Shown: positions 13,341 to 25,569, counted from the whole stretch's first letter. The stretch is 63,212 nucleotides of DNA, filler included, from Octopus bimaculoides (GCF_001194135.2; 9 parts of 6 records of this genome joined end to end with filler, not necessarily neighbours in it); one strand, 5' to 3'. Notes: generated from the letters alone by a model not told the origin. Translations and numbers: made by a program.

Positions 13341-15769
13341 AAATCATCTCACAAACGGCTGATCGTTTTCAGCTCTATTTTGACAAATACATGACTGCGC
13401 ATGCGTCCTTATTGTTAGGACAAAACCAAAGAACAACTCCTGAGAGATACGATCAATTCTCTTTCTGCCTCCTCCTCACAAACACACACAATTGTAAACA
13501 TATGTAATGTAGATGTAAATAAATAAAAGATATTGATAATATAATTATTGATTGGTTTCCAGAATGTTCTGTGTTTCATATTTGAAATACACACTGCGCT
13601 TTTTCCCTCCAACTGAGCATTTATTCTTGCGAAAATGCGTAGATCTCCATTTAAGCATACGTCGAACAGTGCAGGAATGTACAACCAATAGTAAGCATGC
13701 GTACGCGCTGTATTGTCTGTGTGTATATGTGCCTTATGTACTGTTATTTGTGTGCGATGATTCTGTGTGATTCTGTGAGTGTGAGTTTCTGTGTACGTGT
13801 GTGCAAGCATGTATGTATAACGATACTACTATATATATATATATATATATATATATNNNNNNNNNNNNNNNNNNNNNNNNNNNNNNNNNNNNNNNNNNNN
13901 NNNNNNNNNNNNNNNNNNNNNNNNNNNNNNNNNNNNNNNNNNNNNNNNNNNNNNNNNNNNNNNNNNNNNNNNNNNNNNNNNNNNNNNNNNNNNNNNNNNN
14001 NNNNNNNNNNNNNNNNNNNNNNNNNNNNNNNNNNNNNNNNNNNNNNNNNNNNNNNNNNNNNNNNNNNNNNNNNNNNNNNNNNNNNNNNNNNNNNNNNNNN
14101 NNNNNNNNNNNNNNNNNNNNNNNNNNNNNNNNNNNNNNNNNNNNNNNNNNNNNNNNNNNNNNNNNNNNNNNNNNNNNNNNNNNNNNNNNNNNNNNNNNNN
14201 NNNNNNNNNNNNNNNNNNNNNNNNNNNNNNNNNNNNNNNNNNNNNNNNNNNNNNNNNNNNNNNNNNNNNNNNNNNNNNNNNNNNNNNNNNNNNNNNNNNN
14301 NNNNNNNNNNNNNNNNNNNNNNNNNNNNNNNNNNNNNNNNNNNNNNNNNNNNNNNNNNNNNNNNNNNNNNNNNNNNNNNNNNNNNNNNNNNNNNNNNNNN
14401 NNNNNNNNNNNNNNNNNNNNNNNNNNNNNNNNNNNNNNNNNNNNNNNNNNNNNNNNNNNNNNNNNNNNNNNNNNNNNNNNNNNNNNNNNNNNNNNNNNNN
14501 NNNNNNNNNNNNNNNNNNNNNNNNNNNNNNNNNNNNNNNNNNNNNNNNNNNNNNNNNNNNNNNNNNNNNNNNNNNNNNNNNNNNNNNNNNNNNNNNNNNN
14601 NNNNNNNNNNNNNNNNNNNNNNNNNNNNNNNNNNNNNNNNNNNNNNNNNNNNNNNNNNNNNNNNNNNNNNNNNNNNNNNNNNNNNNNNNNNNNNNNNNNN
14701 NNNNNNNNNNNNNNNNNNNNNNNNNNNNNNNNNNNNNNNNNNNNNNNNNNNNNNNNNNNNNNNNNNNNNNNNNNNNNNNNNNNNNNNNNNNNNNNNNTAT
14801 ACATATATATATATATATGAATATAAAGACCGTGTATGCAAACACACCGCCATACGTATATGTGTATGTGTGTGTTAGAGAAACGCGTGTGCGAGTATGT
14901 GTGTGTAACTACAGAATGTAATATGAGTAAATACGAAATATATTGAAATAAAGAATTTCTTTATTTTTTCATATTTTTCTTGTTATTCTTTTTCTATATT
15001 TTATGACTTCATTTTCCATTTCAATTATTTATTTCTGTTTTTCCGCGTGTATTTTCGGTTTTTTTTTTTATTTTCCATTGTTGTATTTCGTTTCGTTTAA
15101 AAATAGCGCCAACAAGATATGTGACTTAATGAAAACGTGAATTTACTTTCATTAATATCAGTAATCTTTGTGGGATTTGTTTTGTCGTATTGTCATGGGG
15201 ATATCGAAGAAAGAGGTACTTACAGAATACAATTTAATATATGTAAGGTTTTACAAAGAAATTGGAAGTGTGCCGCACAGAAAGGAAGGGAAATGTTTTT
15301 CTACAATATACCGTCATATAGGCGCAGGTGTGGCGTTGTGTTAACAAGTTTACTTCCAAGCCACATGGCTCGGAGTTCAGTTTCACTGCGTGGCACTCTG
15401 GGTCGATGTTTCAATTATAGGCCCGACCAGACTAAAGACTTATGTGTTTATTTAATAAAAGGAAACTTTATGTAGCCTGTCTTATATATCATATATGTAC
15501 CTTAACATACAGGGTTGTGCAATAGTCATCCGAAAGTAAATCAAAATTACGTAAATACTATCTGTAATTCCGTATTGACTCGAATGAAAAGTGTGTCACT
15601 GAAGAAGGAGTTCAGTTTTAACAATTTCCATGATGTTTCATATTTACATGCCTTTATTTAATTCATTTTGTTGTTAAACATAAATAAAGCTTGGAATTAG
15701 ATGGTTTTTAAAAAATAATGTATTTCTAAATCTCTCAGAGAGGTCTATGCAGTAGTGATACGATGAAGT

Positions 15770-16230
15770 AGTTGTATGCTGTCAACTTAATGTGACAGTC
15801 CCCTCAAGGGAATAATACTACTGTTTGTTAGACCGAGGAAGCTGCACCGAGGTCAACTTTTCCAGTCATCCATTCGGGGTCGATAACATAAGTAGCAGTT
15901 GAGAACTGGAGCTGAATTGATCAAATCGACCTACCTCTCCCCCCTCCCCGGAATTACTAGCCTTGCGCAAAAACCAGAAAGTAATATAATTTACGATGCT
16001 AAAGGCATCCAGCTGGTACGATCTTTGGCACGCCGAACGAAAAACGTAGAGCCGTTTTGTCCGTCTTTACGTTCAGGGTTCGAATATTGCAGAGAGCGAA
16101 TTTTACCATTGAAAATTCTGGGGGTCCATAAAATGAAATACCAGATGAGAACGACGGTCACTGTAATCAACTTCACCACACTCCTTTCCAAAATTTCTGG
16201 CCTTCTACCAAAATTTAAAAACAAAATAAT
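15770..16230 (+). mobile_element. Two degraded SINE family B copies
   Basis: gaggtcaactttccagtcatccattcggggtcgataa and aaaatttctggccttc tail motifs. Confidence 0.65.
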
Positions 16231-16245
16231 TTAAGATGTTTACAT

Positions 16246-16345
16246 NNNNNNNNNNNNNNNNNNNNNNNNNNNNNNNNNNNNNNNNNNNNTTAATTAATTA
16301 ANNNNNNNNNNNNNNNNNNNNNNNNNNNNNNNNNNNNNNNNNNNN
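16246..16345. other. Artificial scaffolding linker 44N-TTAATTAATTAA-44N (12-mers at 16290, 22183, 32300, 36722, 46943, 51487, 57457, 59309)
   Basis: Identical 100-bp structure eight times; TTAATTAATTAA gives a stop codon in all six frames. Confidence 0.95.
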
Positions 16346-16347
16346 GA

Positions 16348-19300
16348 AGTCGATTATCAGAAAGAGAGAGTACTATCAGATCGATATCAGATGGGCGAAG
16401 TCAGATATCGGAAACAATGAGTATTCCCAGTTCAATAACGGACCGTCGGAGTGAAATATCTGAAAGAGAGAGTATTCCCAGTACAATGACGGATCAACGA
16501 AGTCGATTATCAGAAAGAGAGAGTACTATCAGATCGATATCAGATGGGAGAAGTCAGATATCGGGAATAATGAGTGTTCCATCTGTTGAAAAGCTTCACA
16601 CTGTTTCATTCCAAGAACTGCCAGATAAAACGTCAACAGTTATCGAGATTTCTACTCCGGTCACAGAACACCTGGAAATGAGAGACAGAGATCAACAATC
16701 AAGCATAGAGGAAAAACCATACCTGTCAGTAACGGAACTGTTAGATCTAAGACAAAAGAAAAAGAGTTTAGACGATTTATTAGCAAAGTATGGTATTGAA
16801 ACACGCAGCGATGTGATTGACAGTATAAGAGGAAGCTTATCAAGAGAAAGTAGGCATCTACTAACTGCAGAAAGAAAGAGTAAATCTCTATTGGATATAC
16901 AGACTCCGTATTCCACAGAAACTGATGGACAAATGTCTGAGAGAGAATTGCTTGGTTTAGAGAGAGAACAGTCAATTTCTTTAGCTGGAAAAAAGAGTAA
17001 ACACAGTTCAATACCAGAAGATCTAGATAAGTTGTCTGCAAGAGAAAGTGCACATAGTCTTGTGGCAGATAGACTGAGTGAAGTATACAAAAAGGATAGC
17101 ATTCTCAGTTCAATAACAGACCAACGAAGTCCATTATCACGAAGAGAGAGTGTTCTTAGTTTGCTAGATCAGCGGAGTCGTATATCAGGACGAGAGAGTA
17201 TTGCCATTTCAAAGCCATCTGAGCAGAGTCTATTATCAGAAAAAGAGAGTATTCTCAGTCCGGTAGCTGACCAGAGAAGTGAGATATATGGAAAAGAGAG
17301 TATTCCTAGTTCAATAGCTGACCAACAAGAACGATTGTCAGAAAAAGAGAGTAGTCTCAGTTCAGTAGCCGACCAGCAGAGTCAAATTACTGTACGAGAG
17401 AGTATTCGCAGTTCAATCGCAGACCAACGAAGTCAAATATCTGAGCGAGAGAGTATTCCTAGTTCAACAACAAGAGAACAAAGTGAAATATCGGCAAGAG
17501 CAAGTACTCCTAGTTCAATATCAGAACAACAAAAATTATTATCAGAGAGTATTGTTAGTTCGGTTCCATATCAACGAAGTCACATATATGAGAGTGAAAG
17601 TTATGTCAGCTCTGTACCAGACCATCTGAGTCGAATTTCAGCAAGCGAAAGTGTTCCGAGTTCAATAATAAAACAACAAAGTCAGATGTCAGGAAGGGAA
17701 AGTATTCACAGTGCAATACCATCTCATCTAAGCCATATTTTCCTTAGTGAGAGTTCTCGCAGTTCTGTTGCAGATCAGCGGAGTCAGATATCTGGAAGAC
17801 AGAGAACGCCTACATCAATAATTGACCAAAGGAGTCAGATGTCTGGAAGAGAAGGTACTCCGAGTTCCATAATTGACCAACAGAGTCAAATATCCGGAAG
17901 ACAGAGAACTCCTACATCTATCATTGACCAACGAAGCCAGATATCTGGAAAAGAGAGTACTCATAGTACAATAACTGAAAAAGAGAGTCTTATATATGGA
18001 AGAGAAAGTACACCCAGTGTTGTTACTGAGCAGCAGAGCCAGATATCGGGAAGATATATCGCTGGTTCAATGGTAGACCAACGAAGTCAGATATCATCAA
18101 GAGAGACTACACCTAGATATACGCCGGATAAACGTAGTCAAATATCAGGAAAAGAGAGTACTCCTAGTACAACAACTGACAAACTAAGGAGTAGTTCTAG
18201 CTCAGCAAGAAGTACTTCTGGCTCAGCAAGTGACCTGCGGAGTCAGAGATCTGGGAGAGACAGTACTAGAACGCCTAGTTCAATTAGTGACAAGCGGAGT
18301 CAGGTATCTAGCAGAAAGAGTACTCCTAGTTCGGTAAGTGAACAACGGAAAAGGATATTTGGAAGAAAGAGTACTCCTAGTTCGATAACTGACAAACGAA
18401 GTCCAATTTCTAAGAGTGTGAGTACTGAAACTACGAAATCAGACCGGCGGAGTCGAATAAGTGTAAAAAAGAGTACACCTAGCTCAAAGGTTGACCAAAA
18501 GAGTCAGCTGTCACAAAGGGAGAGTATTCCAAGTTCAGCGATAGAACAAAGGAGTAAAAAATCTGAAAGTGGAAGTACAGTTAGTTCAACACATGACCGA
18601 TGGAGTCAGATATCAGAGAAGGAAAGTATTCTAACTTCAATTACAGAACAACAAAGTCAGGTATATGAAAGAGAGAGTATTCCCAGTACAATACAACAGC
18701 AACAAAGTATATCAGAAAGAGAGAGTAGTATTCGGTCGATATCAGATGAACGAAGTCAGATATCTGGAACAACGGGTATTCCCAGTTCAATAACAGACCG
18801 TCCAAGTGATGTTTCTGAAAGAGAGAGTATTCCCAGTACAATAGCAGATCAACGAAGTCGATTATCAGAAAGAGAGAGTACTATCAGATCGATATCAGAT
18901 CAGCGAAGTCAGATATCGAGGACAATGAGTATTCCTAGTTCAATAACAGAGCGGTGGAGTGAAATATCAGAGAGAGAGAGTATTCCCAGTACACTAGCAG
19001 ATCAACGAAGTCGATTATCAGAAAGAGAGAGTACTGTTCGATCGATATCAGATCAGCGAAGTCAGATATCGGGAACAAAGAGTATTCCCAGCTCAATAAC
19101 GGACCGTCGGACCGAAATGTCTGAAAGAGAGAGTATTCCCAGTACAATGACGGATCAACGAAGTCGATTATCAGAAAGAGAGAGTGCTATCAGATCGATA
19201 TCAGATGAACGAAGTCAGATATCGGGAACAATGAGTATTCCCAGTTCAATAACGGACCGTCGGAGTGAAGTATCTGAAAGAGAGAGTATTCCCAGTACAA

Positions 19301-20217
19301 TGACGGATCAACGAAGTCGATTATCAGAAAGAGAGAGTACTATCAGATCGATATCAGATGGGCGAAGTCAGATATCGGGAACAACGAGTATTCCCAGTTC
19401 AATAAGAGACTGGCCAAGTCAAGTATTACAAACACAGAGTGTCGTAAGCTGGATGCCAGACCAACGAAGTCGATTATCAGAAAGGGAGAACATTCTCACG
19501 TCAGCATACGATCGACGAAGTCAGATATCTAAAAAAACGAGTTTTCCAAGTCCAATAACAGATTGGCGGAGTGAAACATCTGAAAGACATAGAATTGTAA
19601 GTTTGACACCAGAACAGCGTAGTCGATTACAAGAAACGGAGAGCATTGTCAGGTCCATATACGATCAGCGAAGTCAGGTATCTGGAATAATGAGTATTCC
19701 AAGTTCAATAACAGACTGGCGGAGTGAAGTATCAGAAAGGGAAGGTATTCCCAGTACAATAACAGATCAACAAAGTCGATTAACAGAAAGAGAGAGTACT
19801 GTAAGCTCGATATCAGATCGGCGAAGTAAGATATCGGAAGCAACAAGTGTCCCCAGTTACATACCGGAACGGTGGAGTGAAGTATCTGAAAGAGAGAGTA
19901 TTTCCAGTAAACTACCAGACGAACGCAGTCGATTATCAGAGAGACAGAGTACTATTAGATCGATATCAGATGAGCGAAGTCAGATATCGGGAACGATGAC
20001 TATTCCCAGTTCAGTAACGGAGCGACTGAGTGAAATATCTGAAAGATGGAGTAGTCCTAGTACAATAGCAGATCAACGAAGTCGATTATCAGAAAGAGAG
20101 AGTACTATCAGGTCGATATCAGATGGGCGAAGTCAGATATCGGGAACAATGAGTATTCCCAGTTCCGTAACGGACCGCTGGAGTGAAGTATCTGAAAGAG
20201 AGAGTATTCCCAGTACA
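16348..20217 (+). CDS. Large internal exon (partial) of a Ser/Arg/Glu-rich tandem-repeat protein: 51-aa repeats, then a ~160-aa unique segment, ~32 diverged 17-aa monomers and ~10 51-aa higher-order repeats
   Basis: 1290 codons without a stop between two N gaps. The frame is already open upstream of the ATG at 16417, so that ATG is not the start. Unit: SERESTIRSISDGRSQI/SGTMSIPSSITDRRSEI/SERESIPSTMTDQRSRL. All length variants seen are in-frame. Confidence 0.85.
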
Positions 20218-20921
20218 NNNNNNNNNNNNNNNNNNNNNNNNNNNNNNNNNNNNNNNNNNNNNNNNNNNNNNNNNNNNNNNNNNNNNNNNNNNNNNNNNNN
20301 NNNNNNNNNNNNNNNNNNNNNNNNNNNNNNNNNNNNNNNNNNNNNNNNNNNNNNNNNNNNNNNNNNNNNNNNNNNNNNNNNNNNNNNNNNNNNNNNNNNN
20401 NNNNNNNNNNNNNNNNNNNNNNNNNNNNNNNNNNNNNNNNNNNNNNNNNNNNNNNNNNNNNNNNNNNNNNNNNNNNNNNNNNNNNNNNNNNNNNNNNNNN
20501 NNNNNNNNNNNNNNNNNNNNNNNNNNNNNNNNNNNNNNNNNNNNNNNNNNNNNNNNNNNNNNNNNNNNNNNNNNNNNNNNNNNNNNNNNNNNNNNNNNNN
20601 NNNNNNNNNNNNNNNNNNNNNNNNNNNNNNNNNNNNNNNNNNNNNNNNNNNNNNNNNNNNNNNNNNNNNNNNNNNNNNNNNNNNNNNNNNNNNNNNNNNN
20701 NNNNNNNNNNNNNNNNNNNNNNNNNNNNNNNNNNNNNNNNNNNNNNNNNNNNNNNNNNNNNNNNNNNNNNNNNNNNNNNNNNNNNNNNNNNNNNNNNNNN
20801 NNNNNNNNNNNNNNNNNNNNNNNNNNNNNNNNNNNNNNNNNNNNNNNNNNNNNNNNNNNNNNNNNNNNNNNNNNNNNNNNNNNNNNNNNNNNNNNNNNNN
20901 NNNNNNNNNNNNNNNNNNNNG

Positions 20922-22136
20922 ACTATTCCCAGTTCAGTAACGGAGCGACTGAGTGAAATATCTGAAAGATGGAGTAGTCCTAGTACAATAGCAGATCAAC
21001 GAAGTCGATTATCCGAAAGAGAGAGTACTATCAGATCGATATCAGATTTACGAAGTCAGATATCGGGAAGAATGAGTATTCCCAGCTCAATAACGGACCG
21101 TCGGACCGATATGTCTGAAAGAGAGAGTATTCCCAGTACAATGACGGATCAACGAAGTCGATTATCAGAAAGAGATAGTACTATCAGATCGATATCAGAT
21201 GGGCGAAGTCAGATATCGGAAACAATGAGTATTCCCAGTTCAATAACGGACCGTCAAAGTGAAATATATGAAAGAGAAAGTATTCCCAGTACAATAGGAG
21301 ATCAACGAAGTCGATTATCAGAAAGAGAGAGTAGGATAAGATCGATATCAGATGGGCTAAGTCAGATATCGGGAACAATGAGTATTCCCAGTTCAATAAC
21401 GGACCGACGGATTGAAATATTTGAAAGGGAGAGTTATCCAAGTACCATAGCAGACCAGCTAAGTCGATTATCAGAAAGAGAGAGTACTATCAGATCGATA
21501 TCCGATGAGAGAAGTAAGATATCCGAAGCAATGAGTATTCCAAGTTCCAGAACAGAAAGCCGAAGTGGATTATCTGAAAGAGAGAGTATTCCCGGTACTA
21601 TAGCTGATCAGCGAAGTCGATTATCAGAAAGAGAGAGTACTATCAGATCGATATCAGATGGGCGAAGTCAGATATCGGCAACAATGAGTATTCCTAGTTC
21701 AATAGCAGACCAGCGAAGTGAAATATATGAACGAGAGAGCATTGCACGTTCGGTGCCAGACCAACGAAGTCCATATTCTGATAGGGAGCGCATAATCAGA
21801 TCGATATCAGATGGGCGAAGTAAAATATCTGAAACAATGAGTATTCCCAGTTCAATAACAGACCGACTGAGTGAAGTATCTGAAGGAGAGAGTATTCCAA
21901 GTACAATGACGGATCAACGCAGTCGATTATCAGAAAGAGAGAGTACTATCAGATCGATATCAGATCAGCGAAGTCGGATATCGGGAACAACGAGTACCCC
22001 CAGGTCTGTAACTGACTGGCGGAGTGAAGTATCAGAAAGAGAGAGTACTCCCGGTACAGACCAACGAAGTCGATTATCAGAAAGAGAGAGTACTATCAGA
22101 TCGATATCAGATCAGCGAAGTCAGATATCGGGAACA
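20922..22136 (+). CDS. Continuation of the same 51-aa repeat exon after an N gap (partial)
   Basis: 405 codons open from the first full codon after the gap to the next gap, with about 8 further 153-bp units. The frame offset relative to 16348-20217 is attributable to the estimated gap length. Confidence 0.85.
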
Positions 22137-22310
22137 ACNNNNNNNNNNNNNNNNNNNNNNNNNNNNNNNNNNNNNNNNNNNNTTAATTAATTAANNNNNN
22201 NNNNNNNNNNNNNNNNNNNNNNNNNNNNNNNNNNNNNNCAATCCAAACATGAACAACTAAATATATGTATATATATATATATATATATAGTCAATCCAAA
22301 CATGAACAAC

Positions 22311-22346
<36 letters not shown>

Positions 22347-22769
22347 GGAGAGAATGTACGAAAAAACAACAACAGACGAGGATATATATATATAGATAGA
22401 TACGTACATACATACGTATGTATGCATGCTTGTATATATGTGTGTATACATATATATGCACGTAGGGTTGTAAGTACATGAGTGTGTGTATGTGCAAAAG
22501 GAGACCGAATTGACGTCAAAGACCACACAACCATGTCAACTACACAGCAGCAATGTTAGGGGCGGAAGGGTATATTTCAGGGGTGGGGAAAGCACACGGG
22601 GTAACGTGACTGTAATTGCTCAACAACTGGCAAACAATGGGTTCGTTCAGTCATATTCTTAATGCAGCCATCAGTGAAAGCAATGTCAAAAGACAGAAGA
22701 AATGTGTCACATCACATGATTGGCTCACATACTCACACACACACACACACACATTCGCACAATCACACA

Positions 22770-22831
<62 letters not shown>

Positions 22832-22956
22832 CATGAATATGTATATAATATATATATGTCTGTGCATATATACACATATCTATATATACATATATATATA
22901 TATATATACATATATTCATACATATATATTTATATAGATGCATACATACATATTTG

Positions 22957-22987
<31 letters not shown>

Positions 22988-23518
22988 GCATGTATATATA
23001 TGCATGTATATATATATGTGTATATAAATATATATATTTTATATATATATATATATAGAAGAAAATGGATGTAATAACAAAGGGAGACTCGTCGTTTTCG
23101 ACACATCATTTATNNNNNNNNNNNNNNNNNNNNNNNNNNNNNNNNNNNNNNNNNNNNNNNNNNNNNNNNNNNNNNNNNNNNNNNNNNNNNNNNNNNNNNN
23201 NNNNNNNNNNNNNNNNNNNNNNNNNNNNNNNNNNNNNNNNNNNNNNNNNNNNNNNNNNNNNNNNNNNNNNNNNNNNNNNNNNNNNNNNNNNNNNNNNNNN
23301 NNNNNNNNNNNNNNNNNNNNNNNNNNNNNNNNNNNNNNNNNNNNNNNNNNNNNNNNNNNNNNNNNNNNNNNNNNNNNNNNNNNNNNNNNNNNNNNNNNNN
23401 NNNNNNNNNNNNNNNNNNNNNNNNNNNNNNNNNNNNNNNNNNNNNNNNNNNNNNNNNNNNNNNNNNNNNNNNNNNNNNNNNNNNNNNNNNNNNNNNNNNN
23501 NNNNNNNNNNNNNNNNNN

Positions 23519-23573
<55 letters not shown>

Positions 23574-24633
23574 ATACATATATCTATCTATCTATATATA
23601 TATATATGTGTGTGTATATATATATATATAGTCACATATACGAACACATACGCATATAGTGATACATAATGGTATACGAGTTTCAAAACAGCCGATTGTA
23701 ATGTGTTGGTGTTGTTATCTGCACGGATTATTATTATTATTGTCATTATGCCTTTCTACTTTCTTATATAGCTTGCGGCACTTTCATACCAATGAAATAC
23801 CGTGGAAGCCGGATGTCTGTCTGAATGACCGTCTGTCCCATTGTTTCTTGACTCTTTTCACTGGTTGTACATGTTGGCCGGCTAGATGGCCGATCGGTCG
23901 GTCGGTCGGTCGTTTGTTTGGTTCGCTGGTCGGTGGGTTAGATTGCTGTGTTTGTTTTTATGTTTGAGTTTGCATCATTCATATATATATGTGTGACATG
24001 TGATCTTCTAGCACATTAGCAGTCCACATAGTGGCATCCTTTATACATATTTTNNNNNNNNNNTTTTTATAAGAATTTATCAAGTAGTCAGCGTGAAAAA
24101 AACCTCATAATGAAAAAAACTCATCATTTTTTTTCATAAATATATATAATTTATATAAGAGCATTAACTATATAGTAACTATATAGTAATGCCTCACGCT
24201 CAGAAGGACTAAATAAGTCAAAAACTACCGAAAAATAAGCAACATATTTACCGAAAGCGTCATACTGGCCATGATGAAATACCACAAGGTATAGAAAATA
24301 CGTATTCGCCTTTATATATTTAATCCTTTATATTGAACACTCAATATTTCATCTATTCAATAAGACATTCCATATATTCAATAAGACATTCAATACTTTA
24401 TTTCATTGTACCATCCATTTTTATTTTATATTATATATTGTATATTATATATTCCATATTCTATATCCCACATTGGTTTTGCAGGAATATAAATAAAACA
24501 TAAAAAACAGACAGTGTTGGAACTCTTTTAAACAAAATAATATATATATATATATATACACACATACACATAGATATATTGACATACATTTATCATATAT
24601 GCAAATATTTATACATATCATTGATATATTGAC

Positions 24634-24811
24634 GTAGGAGTGGCTGTGTGGTAAGTAGCTTGTCTACCAACCACATGGTTCCGGGTTCAGTCCCACTGCG
24701 TGGCATCTTGGGCAAGTGTCTTCTACTATAGCCTCGGGCCGACCAAAGCCTTGTGAGTGGATTTAGGAGACGGAAACTGAAAGAAGCCCGTCGTATGTAT
24801 GTATGTATGTG

Positions 24812-24844
<33 letters not shown>

Positions 24845-25050
24845 TTGTGTGTCTGTGTTTATCCCCCCAACAACGCCTGACAACCGATGCTGGTGTGTTT
24901 ACGTCCCCGTAACTTAGCGGTTCAGCAAAAGAGACCGATAGAATAAGTACTAGGCTTCCAAAGAATAAGTCCTCGGGTCGATTTGCTCGACTAAAGGCGG
25001 TGCTCCAGCATGGCCACAGTCAAAAGACTGAAACAAGTGAAAGAGTAAAG
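24634..25050 (+). mobile_element. Full-length SINE family A with internal (TA/TG)n
   Basis: Head taggagtggctgtgtggtaag...ggttcagtccc, CORE-like segment, microsatellite, and tail ...ccagcatggccacagtcaaaagactgaaacaagt. Confidence 0.9.
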
Positions 25051-25569
25051 ATATATATACAGAGAAAGATAGTCATACGGGCATACATTTGTATACATAC
25101 ATAGCTACATATACACATACACGTTTGTACTTATATGCCCATGGATGCTTGTATGTTTGTGTGCGTATGCGTGTGTAGGTATGTGTATGTATGTATATGT
25201 ATGCGTGTGTCTGTTTCTGTGCATGTGTATATCTGTGCGTGTATGTGTGCGTGTGCGTGTGTGTAACTCTATACCCTACTATTAACTCCTCACCTCCCAA
25301 CTTCAATATTGAGCGCCGCACCGACTTAACATCCGTATTTAACTCCATCTAACAGATAATTAATTGCTTTTTTTTTTTCCTTTTATTATTATCATTGTTA
25401 TCTTTAAGGCTGTGTTAAGCTAGTTTTAATGGTGCGTCGAGAAAACTGCAAAGGGGCATTTCTTCCAGTTTTACGTTCTGAATTCAATGTCACGAAGGTC
25501 GATTTTGACTTTTCTCGGTTAAATAAGTACCTGTTGCCAATCAGAAAGAATTATTATCATTATTTTGGA

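Noticed and set aside
13697-14878. Long ORFs spanning N runs (also at about 780, 9288, 10762, 23065, 31179, 33316, 48920 and 53839)
   Set aside because: Artefacts of Ns and (TA)n/(CA)n repeats, which lack stop codons.
16290-16301. TTAATTAATTAA (PacI-like palindrome) recurring eight times as a biological motif
   Set aside because: Always centred in exactly 44+44 N; it is an assembly linker.
16661-21441. Antisense ORFs over the repeat exon
   Set aside because: Short, repeatedly stopped shadows of the plus-strand repeat.
22239-22311. 20-bp direct repeat caatccaaacatgaacaact around (TA)n as a TSD
   Set aside because: Directly at a contig end and both copies are followed by (TA)n; more likely a local slippage duplication or assembly overlap.
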